The notes under the pieces were generated by a model that did no database searches, had not been told where the DNA came from, and saw only the letters and a list, made by a program, of their open reading frames with translations. Positions 9,711 to 19,283 of a DNA stretch of 64,000 bases are shown here, in pieces. Every line of letters starts with the position of its first letter. Position 1 is the stretch's first letter. Location of the stretch: IMG/VR virus record IMGVR_UViG_3300034072_001021, positions 1-64,000 of that record; one strand, given 5' to 3'. A program made the translations under genes and the position numbers.

Positions 9711-10057
9711 TGGGTCTTTTGGCCGACAAATGTCCTGAAACGGTAGATGAACTCAAAGAGTCAATTACCAAACTGGTTATCGAAACGGGTCAGGGTCTTT
9801 GGAAGACAGTCATCTTCGAAGAAATACCTGGTGACGAACCCTGGTGTGCGTCTGAGTCAGCTGTTGGTTCGGGTGTTCGAGAAATCATCTACTGTGGACA
9901 CGAAGGCCTTAAGCGAAGTTATAAAGAATTGGTCGATTACAAACAGTTCATTGATTCAGGTGATGCTGATCGTTTTCGATTGAATGCTTCTGGTCGCAGC
10001 GCACTCCCTCCAACCGGAGAAGAGCCCCCTGAAATCAACGATGTAAACTTGGATTAA
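9710..10057 (+). CDS. hypothetical protein
   Basis: TAATG coupling at 9708-9712; 3' part of the listed ORF 9554..10057. Confidence 0.65.
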   Translation: MGLLADKCPETVDELKESITKLVIETGQGLWKTVIFEEIPGDEPWCASESAVGSGVREIIYCGHEGLKRSYKELVDYKQFIDSGDADRFRLNASGRSALPPTGEEPPEINDVNLD

Positions 10058-10086
10058 CTGCTCGATCTAAATTAAGGAACCTGCTC

Positions 10087-10962
10087 ATGAAACAATACCT
10101 CGACCTCGTCCGTCTGATCCGCGACACCGGCAACTACAAGGGTGACCGTACTGGTACCGGCACCACCTCCATCTTCGGCCACCAGATGCGTTTCAATCTG
10201 GCTGATGGTTTTCCGCTGGTGACTGCCAAGCACACCCACCTGAAGTCCATCATTCACGAACTGCTCTGGTTCCTTCAGGGTGAGACCAACATCCGCTATC
10301 TGAAGGAAAACGGCGTCCGTATCTGGGACGAGTGGGTCAAGGAAGACACTGCAGAATATCGTGACATGGTGCCTGCTGAGATCCAGGTGGCGTTGGTCAA
10401 GTTCTTCAAAGCCACAGATTTCAATGCCATTTCGGTAGATAATCTAGAGACACCTAACCATTATCATCTTCATCGCAATGAGGATGATTCTGAGATAGTC
10501 CTCGAGTATTCCAGTGACGAATCTTGGAAGAATGTATATCGTGACATTATCGGTGGCGAGCCACGTGTACTGATCGCAGGTGAACTCGGTCCGGTCTATG
10601 GTTCGCAATGGCGTAGCTGGCCTGCCCCTGATGGCAAGTCAATTGATCAGATCGCCAACCTGATCGAAATGCTCAAGAAGAACCCTGACAGCCGTCGTGC
10701 CATCGTCTCGGCATGGAACCCGGCTGAAGTGGACAACATGGCCCTGCCGCCATGCCACACCATGTTCCAGTTCTACAGCAACTTCATGTCGCTCGAAGAG
10801 ATGGAAGATGTCATCGGTAAGGCTCATCTGACTGCCGACTACGTTCGTTTCGTCAATGAGCATGAGTGCGAGACCAACGATGCGGTGTACGATGCTGCAT
10901 TGCTGTTCTGTCAGGAGCATGATCTGCCGCGTCGTAAGCTCAGCTGCCAACTGTACCAGCGT
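10087..10962 (+). CDS. thyA: thymidylate synthase, exon 1
   Basis: [56 protein letters not shown]; codon 292 (CGT, Arg) ends at 10962. Confidence 0.95.
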
Positions 10963-12063
10963 AAACATCACTGCGCCCTTGTAGCGTGAGCTGCATTGAA
11001 TAACCTCTCTAAAACGGGAAACTCTCTTAGGAGACAATCCGTTGCTAACCCCGTAACTCGTTCCCTTCTAGTCAAAGGAGACGAGTATGTATCACGTTTA
11101 CGTAATCACTGATTTAAATACTGGGAACTATTACGTCGGAAGTACTGGAGAAATAGATAAGCGTCTAACACGACACGAAAATGAACTTCGGTCTGGCAGA
11201 CATCATAACCTTATCCTCCAGCAACTATTCGACGCCGGACACGATCTACGTGTATCGACCTACGAGTTCACGACTCGTGAGGAAGCTTACGCCAATGAGG
11301 ATCATTTGATCAACCGTGGTCAGATGAACCGACTCTGTATTAACATAGGGTCGAGCGCTATTGGTGGAGACAACCTCACCAGAAATCCAAATCGAGAAGA
11401 GATTATCTCTCGAATTGGTGAATCTGTCAGAACTCGGAACGAGTCTCTTGGTGAAGATGGTAGAAGGGCAGCTTACGGAAGAACAGGCCAACAAAACGGC
11501 ATGTTCGGAAGAAGTCATTCAGATGAATCTAAACGACTCATGTCGGAAGCTAATCTGGGTAACTCGTACGCTAAAGGAAGTATTCGCTCTGAAGATCAGA
11601 GAAGATTATTGTCTACCTTCGCCTCAACACGAACAGGGCGAGCTAACCCATTTTACGGGAAATCTCATTCTGAAGAGACCAGGAAGAAACTGTCGGAAGC
11701 CCGTAAAGGGAATGTACCACCGAACACACTCAGTGTGATAATCGATGGTGTCATTTATCCTTCGCTGGCCGAGGCAGGCCGGCAATTGGGAATTCCAGTC
11801 CCAACGATCCATTACCGGATCAAAAGCAACAACCCAAAATACAGTGGATACGAGTTACGGGAAACGCCCAACGACTAAGGAAAGGCGCCTCATTGATGAT
11901 AAAGGCGAACCGAGTACTGTAGGGTCCGAGTGGACTCGAAATGGGAGGAGTCTCCAAGGATGGAGGCTGTGATATAGTCTAAACTACATGGTGACATGTA
12001 GCGGTCAAGAACTGAAGAATCTTGACGGGTTAGGTCTAACGAACCTAGCTGAAGGTCGGCATG
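10963..12063 (+). mobile_element. group I intron (subgroup IA2), 1101 nt, with homing endonuclease in P6
   Basis: Exon 1 ends in U and the intron ends in G. IGS CACT-GCGC (10969-76) pairs exon 2 AGTG and exon 1 GCGT. P2 TGTAGC-GTGA-GCTGCA; P3 CCTCTC/GGGAGG; P4 AACGGG/TCCGTT; P6a CCCGTAACTCGT/ACGAGTTACGGG; P7 GACTA(11873)/TAGTC(11975); P7.1, P7.2, P8 and P9 hairpins present. Splicing restores YQR-SADVFLG in frame. Confidence 0.93.
11087..11878 (+). CDS. intron-encoded GIY-YIG homing endonuclease (I-TevI/I-BmoI-like)
   Basis: HVYVITDLNTGNYYVGST, KRL.RH; two NUMOD3-like repeats (GMFGRSHSDESKRLMSE, PFYGKSHSEETRKKLSE); C-terminal NUMOD1-like HTH (IDGVIYPSLAEAGRQLGI); stop overlaps P7. Confidence 0.92.
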   Translation: MYHVYVITDLNTGNYYVGSTGEIDKRLTRHENELRSGRHHNLILQQLFDAGHDLRVSTYEFTTREEAYANEDHLINRGQMNRLCINIGSSAIGGDNLTRNPNREEIISRIGESVRTRNESLGEDGRRAAYGRTGQQNGMFGRSHSDESKRLMSEANLGNSYAKGSIRSEDQRRLLSTFASTRTGRANPFYGKSHSEETRKKLSEARKGNVPPNTLSVIIDGVIYPSLAEAGRQLGIPVPTIHYRIKSNNPKYSGYELRETPND

Positions 12064-12360
12064 AGTGCCGACGTCTTCCTCGGCGTGCCGTTCAACATCG
12101 CCAGCTACGCTCTGCTGACCATGATGGTTGCACAAGTGACCAACCACGTCGCTGGTGACTTTATCTGGACTGGGGGCGACTGCCATCTGTACGCTAACCA
12201 CAACGAGCAGGTAGAGCTTCTGCTGACCCGTAAGACCCATCCACTGCCGACCATGAAGATCAATCCGGAAGTCAAGGACATCTTCGGGTTCCAGTTCAGC
12301 GATTTTGAACTGGTTAACTATGTCAGTGAGCCGGTGATCTCAGCGCCGGTGGCTGTCTAA
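12064..12360 (+). CDS. thyA: thymidylate synthase, exon 2
   Basis: [19 protein letters not shown]...GDCHLYANH...APVAV; spliced product 390 aa. Confidence 0.95.
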   Translation, partial: SADVFLGVPFNIASYALLTMMVAQVTNHVAGDFIWTGGDCHLYANHNEQVELLLTRKTHPLPTMKINPEVKDIFGFQFSDFELVNYVSEPVISAPVAV

Positions 12361-12411
12361 ACCATCCGTGTAAACACGGTATAAACCATGTCCTCAATAG
12401 GAGCAACAACA

Positions 12412-12735
12412 ATGTCTGAAGTCGAACGTCTCAATGCAGAAATGCGCATCTGGGAACCTGTATTTGCGAAGGACGCCTACGCTAAACGGGTATCTGAAAT
12501 TTTCCCCGAGCTTGATGAAAAAGAGCATCGTCATCTGACCCAGCTATTGGTTTTCCAAACCTTCAAGAAAACACAACTGGAAGCCGATGAATTCCATCGC
12601 CGCGTCTCCAATATCGTTGGCGGCGATGACAAGGCACCAGAACTCGATTCGATGGTAGGTAACGTCATAGCTGCTTTCGTAGGTCTCGGGTCTGACATCA
12701 TCGAGTGTGATCCGACCATTGTAAAATGGTCGTAA
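12412..12735 (+). CDS. hypothetical protein
   Basis: AGGAG SD before ATG 12412. Confidence 0.75.
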   Translation: MSEVERLNAEMRIWEPVFAKDAYAKRVSEIFPELDEKEHRHLTQLLVFQTFKKTQLEADEFHRRVSNIVGGDDKAPELDSMVGNVIAAFVGLGSDIIECDPTIVKWS

Positions 12736-12745
12736 GTTAGTCAAC

Positions 12746-12774
12746 TGAGGGGAGACTACGTCTCCCCTCATCAT
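12746..12774 (+). terminator. stem-loop terminator
   Basis: TGAGGGGAGAC-TAC-GTCTCCCCTCA. Confidence 0.65.
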
Positions 12775-12790
12775 GCAAGGCAGGATTATC

Positions 12791-13051
12791 ATGTCCAAAC
12801 CTCGACAACCCAATGTCACGTGTGTAGCGAACGGGATGTTCATCGTCAGGACACAGGCTGGTTTCCGAAAGGCCCTGAAGTGCGTGTGCGACGACCCAAG
12901 TACCTTGAAAGAGGTACCAAACTATCCCAAGTCCTATCCTGCACTGGTCTCTATATCGGTTGGTTATTGCGGATATGAGTACATGCATGTCAATGTCGTA
13001 CCACTTGACAAACTGAAAGATAAGCTTCGCGAACAAGCAGAGCTATTCTGA
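12791..13051 (+). CDS. hypothetical protein
   Basis: AGGA SD before ATG 12791. Confidence 0.65.
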   Translation: MSKPRQPNVTCVANGMFIVRTQAGFRKALKCVCDDPSTLKEVPNYPKSYPALVSISVGYCGYEYMHVNVVPLDKLKDKLREQAELF

Positions 13052-13113
13052 CATAAGGCCAGTCGTAATGACTGGTCTATTTATTTTTATTTCTGTCTCA
13101 TTTCTTTTAAGTG

Positions 13114-13122
13114 ATACATTAT
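13114..13122 (+). promoter_or_regulatory. putative phage-RNAP promoter motif ATACATTAT
   Basis: Same motif after a T-rich tract at 15956, 37454 and 44535; variants at 36966, 54910 and 59486. Confidence 0.55.
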
Positions 13123-13153
13123 AAACCAGATACCATCTACACAAGGAGTCGGT

Positions 13154-13576
13154 ATGAACAGAATCCAGTATCTCAGACAACACTGCAAGGCGATTAGCCA
13201 AGTTGAAGCCAATGAAATAATAGCTAATGGTAGCGGTATCGTTGTTGGTGGCGGATACGTCCATTACTCTGAAAATGGCTGTCATTACTATCATGCGTAC
13301 GGCACGTTCCCAGGATGTATGCGCGGAGGTCCGAGCGGTAACGTCAACGAAAAAATAAATGAATGGTATTCGGTATCTCCGTTGGACATTGTTTGTCTGG
13401 ACGGATATGTGCCGCACGATTACTATTCTCCTCCGGAAAGCTTTTCTAAGATGGACGGATGCCCCGATTGGAACGAACTGAATGACGTCCTCCTTTCTTC
13501 TAGCCTGAGCGACAGCGATCGCTCAGATCCAGATAAGAATGCTGCCTTCTGGCGACAATATTTTAACAGAGAGTGA
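13154..13576 (+). CDS. hypothetical protein
   Basis: AGGAG SD, 140 aa, AT-richer codons. Confidence 0.7.
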   Translation: MNRIQYLRQHCKAISQVEANEIIANGSGIVVGGGYVHYSENGCHYYHAYGTFPGCMRGGPSGNVNEKINEWYSVSPLDIVCLDGYVPHDYYSPPESFSKMDGCPDWNELNDVLLSSSLSDSDRSDPDKNAAFWRQYFNRE

Positions 13577-13923
13577 AAATGGAAATACCATTCCTGACTA
13601 AAGAAGACGATGCTCGTCTTGAGTTTCTGCTCCGACTGCATCAGAGTGGAAAATCACCGCTAGTATCCGACAACAGCATCGACGGTGTAGCACAGCACAT
13701 CCATCATGTCCTGTTTCCCAATGGCCTGATGGGTTATGTCACTACTCGTCGTGTAGTCAACTTTCCTGACGCTCTTATCGAACGTCTGCAGAAAGCTGGC
13801 ATCTGGCTGAAGTTCTCCACAGGTTTCGCCCCTATCGGCGCAGCGAATATCGACATCACCTACTCTGATGTCAACGGAACTACGGTGTCGTACCGGGTAC
13901 CGTTGGTCTTCAAATTCCAGTAA
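13573..13923 (+). CDS. hypothetical protein
   Basis: GTGA overlap, 116 aa. Confidence 0.7.
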   Translation: MKMEIPFLTKEDDARLEFLLRLHQSGKSPLVSDNSIDGVAQHIHHVLFPNGLMGYVTTRRVVNFPDALIERLQKAGIWLKFSTGFAPIGAANIDITYSDVNGTTVSYRVPLVFKFQ

Positions 13924-13932
13924 GGAAAACAC

Positions 13933-14592
13933 ATGCCCACTCTCCTCGAAATCATTTCAAGCGAGCTGGACAAACATCTCGAGCGCAATCCAAGCAAGGA
14001 CGTCCCTTATCACAATAACCAACACATGGCCAAGGTGTGGCAACTTGCCCAGTTCATGTGGAAGATCGAGAAAACCGATGTCGATCTCCATCTGGGAGAA
14101 CAGTGGTCTGAAATAGCCCTGATGTTGGCAGCGCGTCTTCATGACTGGGGACATTCTGCGGGTAAAGAAAAAGACGAAGTCAATATCCATGTGGCAAAGA
14201 TGAAAGCGAAGCTCATCATGAACTCGCTTTCAGTGGATGTCCCTAAACGTGTACAAGAAGTGGTGCTTGAAGCCATTGCGTGCACGCAGTTCCCGTTTGT
14301 TATCGAGCCTCGTAACCGCCTCGAAGAAGTTCTCCGTGACGCCGATCTCTTGTACACCGCCTGTACGGATGATCCGGTCATTGTGATGGAACATCTTCGT
14401 GCTGAGATGGAAGTGGCTTATGGCCGCAAGATCACTTACGCCGAGATGTGCAAGGGACAGAAAGCATTTCTTGAAAGTGCTCGTCTGTACACTTCCACCG
14501 GCGAACACAAGTGGTCACTGTTTGCCAAACCGTTCTTTAACAAGCTGGAACAATACGCCAAGGAGAGACAGAAATGCAGCTCGAAGAAGTAG
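13933..14592 (+). CDS. HD-domain metal-dependent phosphohydrolase
   Basis: PYHN..H, AARLHDWGH, LRDADL. Confidence 0.85.
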   Translation: MPTLLEIISSELDKHLERNPSKDVPYHNNQHMAKVWQLAQFMWKIEKTDVDLHLGEQWSEIALMLAARLHDWGHSAGKEKDEVNIHVAKMKAKLIMNSLSVDVPKRVQEVVLEAIACTQFPFVIEPRNRLEEVLRDADLLYTACTDDPVIVMEHLRAEMEVAYGRKITYAEMCKGQKAFLESARLYTSTGEHKWSLFAKPFFNKLEQYAKERQKCSSKK

Positions 14593-15128
14593 CAGTCGGT
14601 TTGCTCGAAGGTAAAGGATTGTTTGTTTCCGAGACCCATTACGTCTTTGGTGACGGGTTTGGCAATAACTACGTCATCGGTAAGAAAGACCAATTCCCAT
14701 CAGGCATCCGCACTCTGCCGGGTGCTGCAATGTCTTTCCTCCATGCTTACGGGCCGTGGCGGCAGTCCTCTCCGAAAGAACTCCTGCTGGAAATGGGATA
14801 CGTGGTGGACAAACACCTCGATGTCCCGGAGTGGATCAAACGCATGGATACCAGTATCGATTGGGATCTGCTCGAACGTCATATGGACGATCCACTCACG
14901 AAAGCCGACAAGAAATACAACTTTAATCGGATTCGGTGTTTCTTCCAAGAGCAGGCCAAGAAAGTCGTCGAACCTGCCAGTAAACAAGACACCGAGCTTG
15001 TCATTGTGATTGACACGTGCGATCACGGTCACAAGTTCGCGAAGTTACCTGACCATCCGACCAAAGACGGTAAGGCACGTTGTCCTAACTGCATGGCAAT
15101 CGGTCTGGATAAACTACTCGCCAAATAA
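14574..15128 (+). CDS. hypothetical protein with a possible C-terminal Zn-binding motif
   Basis: CDHGH...RCPNC near the C-terminus; GGAG SD. Confidence 0.7.
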   Translation: MQLEEVAVGLLEGKGLFVSETHYVFGDGFGNNYVIGKKDQFPSGIRTLPGAAMSFLHAYGPWRQSSPKELLLEMGYVVDKHLDVPEWIKRMDTSIDWDLLERHMDDPLTKADKKYNFNRIRCFFQEQAKKVVEPASKQDTELVIVIDTCDHGHKFAKLPDHPTKDGKARCPNCMAIGLDKLLAK

Positions 15129-15172
15129 TCAACCCAGCCTCTTTTGGAGAAAGTCATGATAGAGGTGCCTCA

Positions 15173-15718
15173 ATGAACGAACATGCCAATAAGGAATACT
15201 TCGAGCGCCTCGAGAAGCTGGTGAGTCGAGTCCGTGAAGTAGATGGGGTCATGATGTTGGATGTCTCCCATCCGGCGATTATCCTGAGTGAAGGTAAGGA
15301 AGACCTCATCACCATCGCTGATTTGGATGCCCTGGTGGATCTGTACCGCAAGCCTGAGCAGCATGCGCTGTACAACATGATCAACCGTTTCTTCATCGTG
15401 TTTTTAGGTAAAGCTTTCAAGTATCATCTGGACGTTCCTACCATCACGACCTTCGAATTCAAAGTAGAAGACAACGTCGTTAAGCTGTCGTTCGATACCA
15501 CCAAAGATGGTCGTTACGAAGAAGCAGTTACGCTGGTAGGTAAGTCAGATAGGCTGTACCTTGGCCGACTCCTGTCTGGTCTGAGTCCTGCGGTGGACGT
15601 ACGACCGAGCGCTGAAAACGATTACGTGTTCTCACTAAAGGACAGGGTGTTGTTGCTCGAAGAACTGAACAAAGAAACAGGGGGCGATGGTGTCGACGCA
15701 ACTGAGCATGGGACATGA
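15173..15718 (+). CDS. hypothetical protein
   Basis: GAGGT SD, 181 aa. Confidence 0.75.
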   Translation: MNEHANKEYFERLEKLVSRVREVDGVMMLDVSHPAIILSEGKEDLITIADLDALVDLYRKPEQHALYNMINRFFIVFLGKAFKYHLDVPTITTFEFKVEDNVVKLSFDTTKDGRYEEAVTLVGKSDRLYLGRLLSGLSPAVDVRPSAENDYVFSLKDRVLLLEELNKETGGDGVDATEHGT

Positions 15719-15902
15719 TACCGATCAACTGATCGAGATCCTTCGTGAAGACGCTGGATTTGATGACGGTACAGATGCGATGGAAGAGGCGCATAATCTT
15801 GCGTTTGCCATGAATCGTCTGAATGCCGAAGTCGAAGCCGAGAACTTGGTCGAGACGACAGACGATCACGTGATCATCACGATCAAGATCCCACGGGCGT
15901 GA
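15687..15902 (+). CDS. small acidic hypothetical protein
   Basis: Overlaps the upstream stop and ends before the terminator. Confidence 0.6.
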   Translation: MVSTQLSMGHDTDQLIEILREDAGFDDGTDAMEEAHNLAFAMNRLNAEVEAENLVETTDDHVIITIKIPRA

Positions 15903-15906
15903 TACA

Positions 15907-15941
15907 GGCATAGAGAGAGGGGTGGTCCCTCTCTCTATGCC
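15907..15941 (+). terminator. conserved-arm stem-loop
   Basis: GGCATAGAGAGAGGG-loop-CCCTCTCTCTATGCC, 15-bp perfect stem, then ATTTTATTTT. Confidence 0.85.
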
Positions 15942-15955
15942 ATTTTATTTTGGTC

Positions 15956-15964
15956 ATACATTAT
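15956..15964 (+). promoter_or_regulatory. putative promoter motif ATACATTAT
   Basis: ATTTTATTTTGGTC-ATACATTAT, nearly identical context to 37454. Confidence 0.55.
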
Positions 15965-15991
15965 TGTTTTGGTTATCGACCCAATTCATAA

Positions 15992-17128
15992 GTGAGGAAA
16001 CACTCCATGGAACTTCATTTGCCAAGCTATGACCTCCTGTCAACTACTTCCCGTAATCAGTTGTCTCAGGATTACATTGCACTGCGTGTTGGTTCGAATG
16101 GTACGGGGAATGCCATATCTGCATCATTTGACGCTGCGGTGATCCGTGCTGGCGCTTCTTCGTCTTCTAAACACAGGTCATTGTTCATTCCTTATGGTGT
16201 CAAAGGTAAGGATCACCGTGATGAAATCAGGAGCGTCATCAATGCCCAGTTGGATCTACTGAAACTGAAATTTTTCGACATGGATAGTTCCATTAGTTTC
16301 ATACTCCATGACAATGTCATCATCGGGTATATGAAGATTGCTATTTATTCGACATACATCGACGTCAATGTGAGGGCGTTTGACAATCTCGCAACAATCA
16401 TCATTGATAAGCTGGAGGCTGAGTTCATGAAGAACCCTCCACCAACTGTTGAACGAGTCGTCATTTCGCCGCACGATAAAAGTCTGCGTTCAGATGATGT
16501 AACGTTACCCACCACCGAGTTCAAAGGCGATATCCATCTACTTTACCCTCATTTCGATCAAACTCCAGCTGAACTTTGGAAAAGTTTTGAAGAATCGAAC
16601 AGCAATGTAATGTTGCTGATTGGTCCTCCCGGTCTTGGTAAATCTTCATTCATCCGAGCCATGCTAGATGCCCGTGGCTGGGGTGAACACAAGACGTTCA
16701 TAGCAGAACGTACCGATGTTCTACTGCATCCTGGTCTTTCCGACTTCATTCGTTCGACACCGCGAAAATCAGTGTTCGTTACGGAAGACTCGGACGTCAT
16801 CGTCGCTAAACGCGATGACGGCAATAGTAACATGGCTGGCCTGCTCAATACTGCGTCTGGTATCATTCCGACCGACACAAAAATCATCATCTCCACCAAC
16901 TTGCCGAATCTCCGCCGTGTAGATGAAGCACTGCTCCGTCCAGGTCGTATGTTCCGCGTTCTGGAATTCAAGCCCCTGACCATCGAACACGGTCATGCCA
17001 TTCGCGACACCATGCAACTTCCTCCAGTCGATTTCGGAAACATGACCGAATTGACGCTGGCTGAAGTTATCAACTGGCATGATATCAACGGCACTATCAA
17101 TAAAGCGACACGTATCGGTTATACTTAA
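15992..17128 (+). CDS. AAA+ ATPase
   Basis: Walker A GPPGLGKS, Walker B VFVTEDSD, IISTN sensor, ALLRPGR arginine finger. Confidence 0.88.
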   Translation: MRKHSMELHLPSYDLLSTTSRNQLSQDYIALRVGSNGTGNAISASFDAAVIRAGASSSSKHRSLFIPYGVKGKDHRDEIRSVINAQLDLLKLKFFDMDSSISFILHDNVIIGYMKIAIYSTYIDVNVRAFDNLATIIIDKLEAEFMKNPPPTVERVVISPHDKSLRSDDVTLPTTEFKGDIHLLYPHFDQTPAELWKSFEESNSNVMLLIGPPGLGKSSFIRAMLDARGWGEHKTFIAERTDVLLHPGLSDFIRSTPRKSVFVTEDSDVIVAKRDDGNSNMAGLLNTASGIIPTDTKIIISTNLPNLRRVDEALLRPGRMFRVLEFKPLTIEHGHAIRDTMQLPPVDFGNMTELTLAEVINWHDINGTINKATRIGYT

Positions 17129-17132
17129 TTGA

Positions 17133-17696
17133 ATGGAGTTTCAAATGTCGGATAAAGTGACGATGACGACCATCATCAACTCTGTTGAAGCTGAATGTCG
17201 TGAAGGTACGTTTGGCGAGAACGCCGCTGTCAAACGCATTCTCGAGCAAATTCAAAGTCTCGGCCGTATGGACAACTACAGCTCCAAACGCGTCTATCCA
17301 ATTACCATTGGTAGCGAGGATGACGGTGACTACATAACTGTCGACGGTTTGAAGATAGGTGTTTCTCTGCGTGCGATTGGGAAGAACGACAAAGAACCCA
17401 GACGCGTTTGGCTGAATTCTGGAGTGCCGGCAAACATACAGCATATATACGGTCGTAATTTCAAAACCAGCCCTCGCTATCATGTATTCATTGCCGTCGA
17501 CGATGAGTATAAGTTTTGCAGGGAACTCAGAAAGGGCGAAGTTATTTGGGTCGACGACGATATGTTCCGTGCTGCATTCTATCCGTTCGTCAAAGAAAAA
17601 CGGAACGACTCCATCTGGAGAATCCCACTCAACACGCTTCAGGAAGCAATTGACTGGCATCTGAAGGAAAATAAAGAAGATGGAAATCGTCTATAA
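17133..17696 (+). CDS. hypothetical protein (start may be ATG 17145)
   Basis: 187-aa ORF, GGAG upstream of the second ATG. Confidence 0.7.
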   Translation: MEFQMSDKVTMTTIINSVEAECREGTFGENAAVKRILEQIQSLGRMDNYSSKRVYPITIGSEDDGDYITVDGLKIGVSLRAIGKNDKEPRRVWLNSGVPANIQHIYGRNFKTSPRYHVFIAVDDEYKFCRELRKGEVIWVDDDMFRAAFYPFVKEKRNDSIWRIPLNTLQEAIDWHLKENKEDGNRL

Positions 17697-18177
17697 CGAC
17701 CAGGTCAAAGTGGCGGCCCGGTGTCTGCAAGCTGGACTCAATCGAGGCAGAATGAGTTCGTTACATTCTGCTCTCGATGATATCTGGGATGGAAGTAACG
17801 TCGGGCGGCACTTTGTAGTGGCTGCTGTAGAAGACGACGAGTTTATTGGTTGTGCTGTTTACTCTCGTCGTTCCAAGATGGTTCAGGTATTTGTCAAGGA
17901 AGAACATCGTCGTAAGGGTATTGGCAGCAAGCTTATCGCCTCACTTGAAGAGGTGACAGGCATACCCCGACAACTATACATCGCTAGGCCTGACAAGGAT
18001 ATAGAACCGTTCTTCGACAAGAACTACGTCATGTCAGATCCGTCCGATGGAGGTTATCCACTCAGCAAAGAAGAGACTACCCGCATCCTGGAGAACCCCT
18101 ACGAAGCAGCCAAGATCATCCGCAAGAAGCGTCGCGAGTACAGGCGCAATTGGCTCGACCGTATAAGCAAAAAATAA
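17680..18177 (+). CDS. GNAT-family acetyltransferase
   Basis: VQVFVKEEHRRKGIGSKLI acetyl-CoA-binding motif A. Confidence 0.8.
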   Translation: MEIVYNDQVKVAARCLQAGLNRGRMSSLHSALDDIWDGSNVGRHFVVAAVEDDEFIGCAVYSRRSKMVQVFVKEEHRRKGIGSKLIASLEEVTGIPRQLYIARPDKDIEPFFDKNYVMSDPSDGGYPLSKEETTRILENPYEAAKIIRKKRREYRRNWLDRISKK

Positions 18178-18193
18178 ATAGAGAGGACTACAG

Positions 18194-18517
18194 GTGGAAA
18201 GCGATACTCCTAAAGATGAGTTCAAGATCCTGATTGTTGCAGCTCACACAGACCCCATCGTCAGTCGTTTTAAAGAAGCGGTTGAGTCGATGAAACGATG
18301 CAGTCGGATCAGGAACTTTCAGATTGAGCTGATTCATCCGAATCTCAACGACATTACTGTTCCTCGAGACGGTTCTGTCAAGTTTAAAACACTGGAGCAC
18401 ATGCTGGCCGCGCACAATTACACGTACAATACACTCGGCGGTTACCTGGGGCATATACCCCGCAGCGAACGTGTTCCTCATCGGCAACGTGCCGACAAGC
18501 GCAAATATCCTCATTAA
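18194..18517 (+). CDS. hypothetical protein with a basic PRSER-VPH tail
   Basis: GAGG SD, GTG start; tail motif shared with 19276..19968. Confidence 0.65.
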   Translation: MESDTPKDEFKILIVAAHTDPIVSRFKEAVESMKRCSRIRNFQIELIHPNLNDITVPRDGSVKFKTLEHMLAAHNYTYNTLGGYLGHIPRSERVPHRQRADKRKYPH

Positions 18518-18521
18518 GGAA

Positions 18522-19283
18522 ATGAAGATGGAAAAGAAAAAATCGTTCTGGCAAAAGGTGTGCGATTTCCTTAACTCTGAAAACGAGGTCACGATAACTC
18601 CCTTCAACAAACCGTTCATCACGATGAAGGCTGTTGGTGCTGAAACGCCGGCTGAAGAGCCCGTCAGCGTAACCGAGAAACCTCCACTTTCGGTACTTGA
18701 TATCGAAAAGGAAATCCGTCGGAAACAGGTAGAAGATTACATCACTATCCGTGGCAAGGTATTCCAAAGTGTCTGTGTCATCGGTCAGAAGTTCCACATG
18801 TGGACTGACCGTGATTACCAAGTGATCGACGATGATCACTATCCGCAGGAACTAGACGACATTCAGCCACCTCCTGCCTGGGTTAACAAAGTGGGCGAAC
18901 TGTGGTTATCGTTGCCTAAACTTGAAAAGACACTTGATGCGATTTATATCGCCAAGGCACTGTTCAAGAAAAAGAGCGATTGGCAGTTTATCGTTTCTAA
19001 CGACAATCACTATCCACTGATAAAGCTGTACACGGATAACTCCTGGATAGAGCATGGATGGGCTGGTCCTGCTATCGTGCCGTGTCATCTGGAAGGAAAA
19101 ACCAAGGCCATCGGTATCATTCCAGATAGCCTCACTGTTGTCCCTCTGGACGAAATGACTGCCATGGTCACCGGTCTGGGTGAAATGATAGCAGACATCC
19201 CTGAAGATTATGACGTCGTGCGCATGGCTAAGAAAATCATGGCAAGGTATGACGAGTTCATTAAAGGACTGGCCGATGAGTGA
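18522..19283 (+). CDS. hypothetical protein
   Basis: AAGGA SD before ATG 18522. Confidence 0.75.
   Translation: MKMEKKKSFWQKVCDFLNSENEVTITPFNKPFITMKAVGAETPAEEPVSVTEKPPLSVLDIEKEIRRKQVEDYITIRGKVFQSVCVIGQKFHMWTDRDYQVIDDDHYPQELDDIQPPPAWVNKVGELWLSLPKLEKTLDAIYIAKALFKKKSDWQFIVSNDNHYPLIKLYTDNSWIEHGWAGPAIVPCHLEGKTKAIGIIPDSLTVVPLDEMTAMVTGLGEMIADIPEDYDVVRMAKKIMARYDEFIKGLADE

Noticed and set aside
10087-10989. Listed ORF as a complete or truncated thymidylate synthase ending KHHCALVA, and ATG 12061 as the start of a separate gene
   Set aside because: The tail after YQR is intron sequence, and the ATG at 12061-63 supplies the terminal G of the intron; the two parts join in frame.
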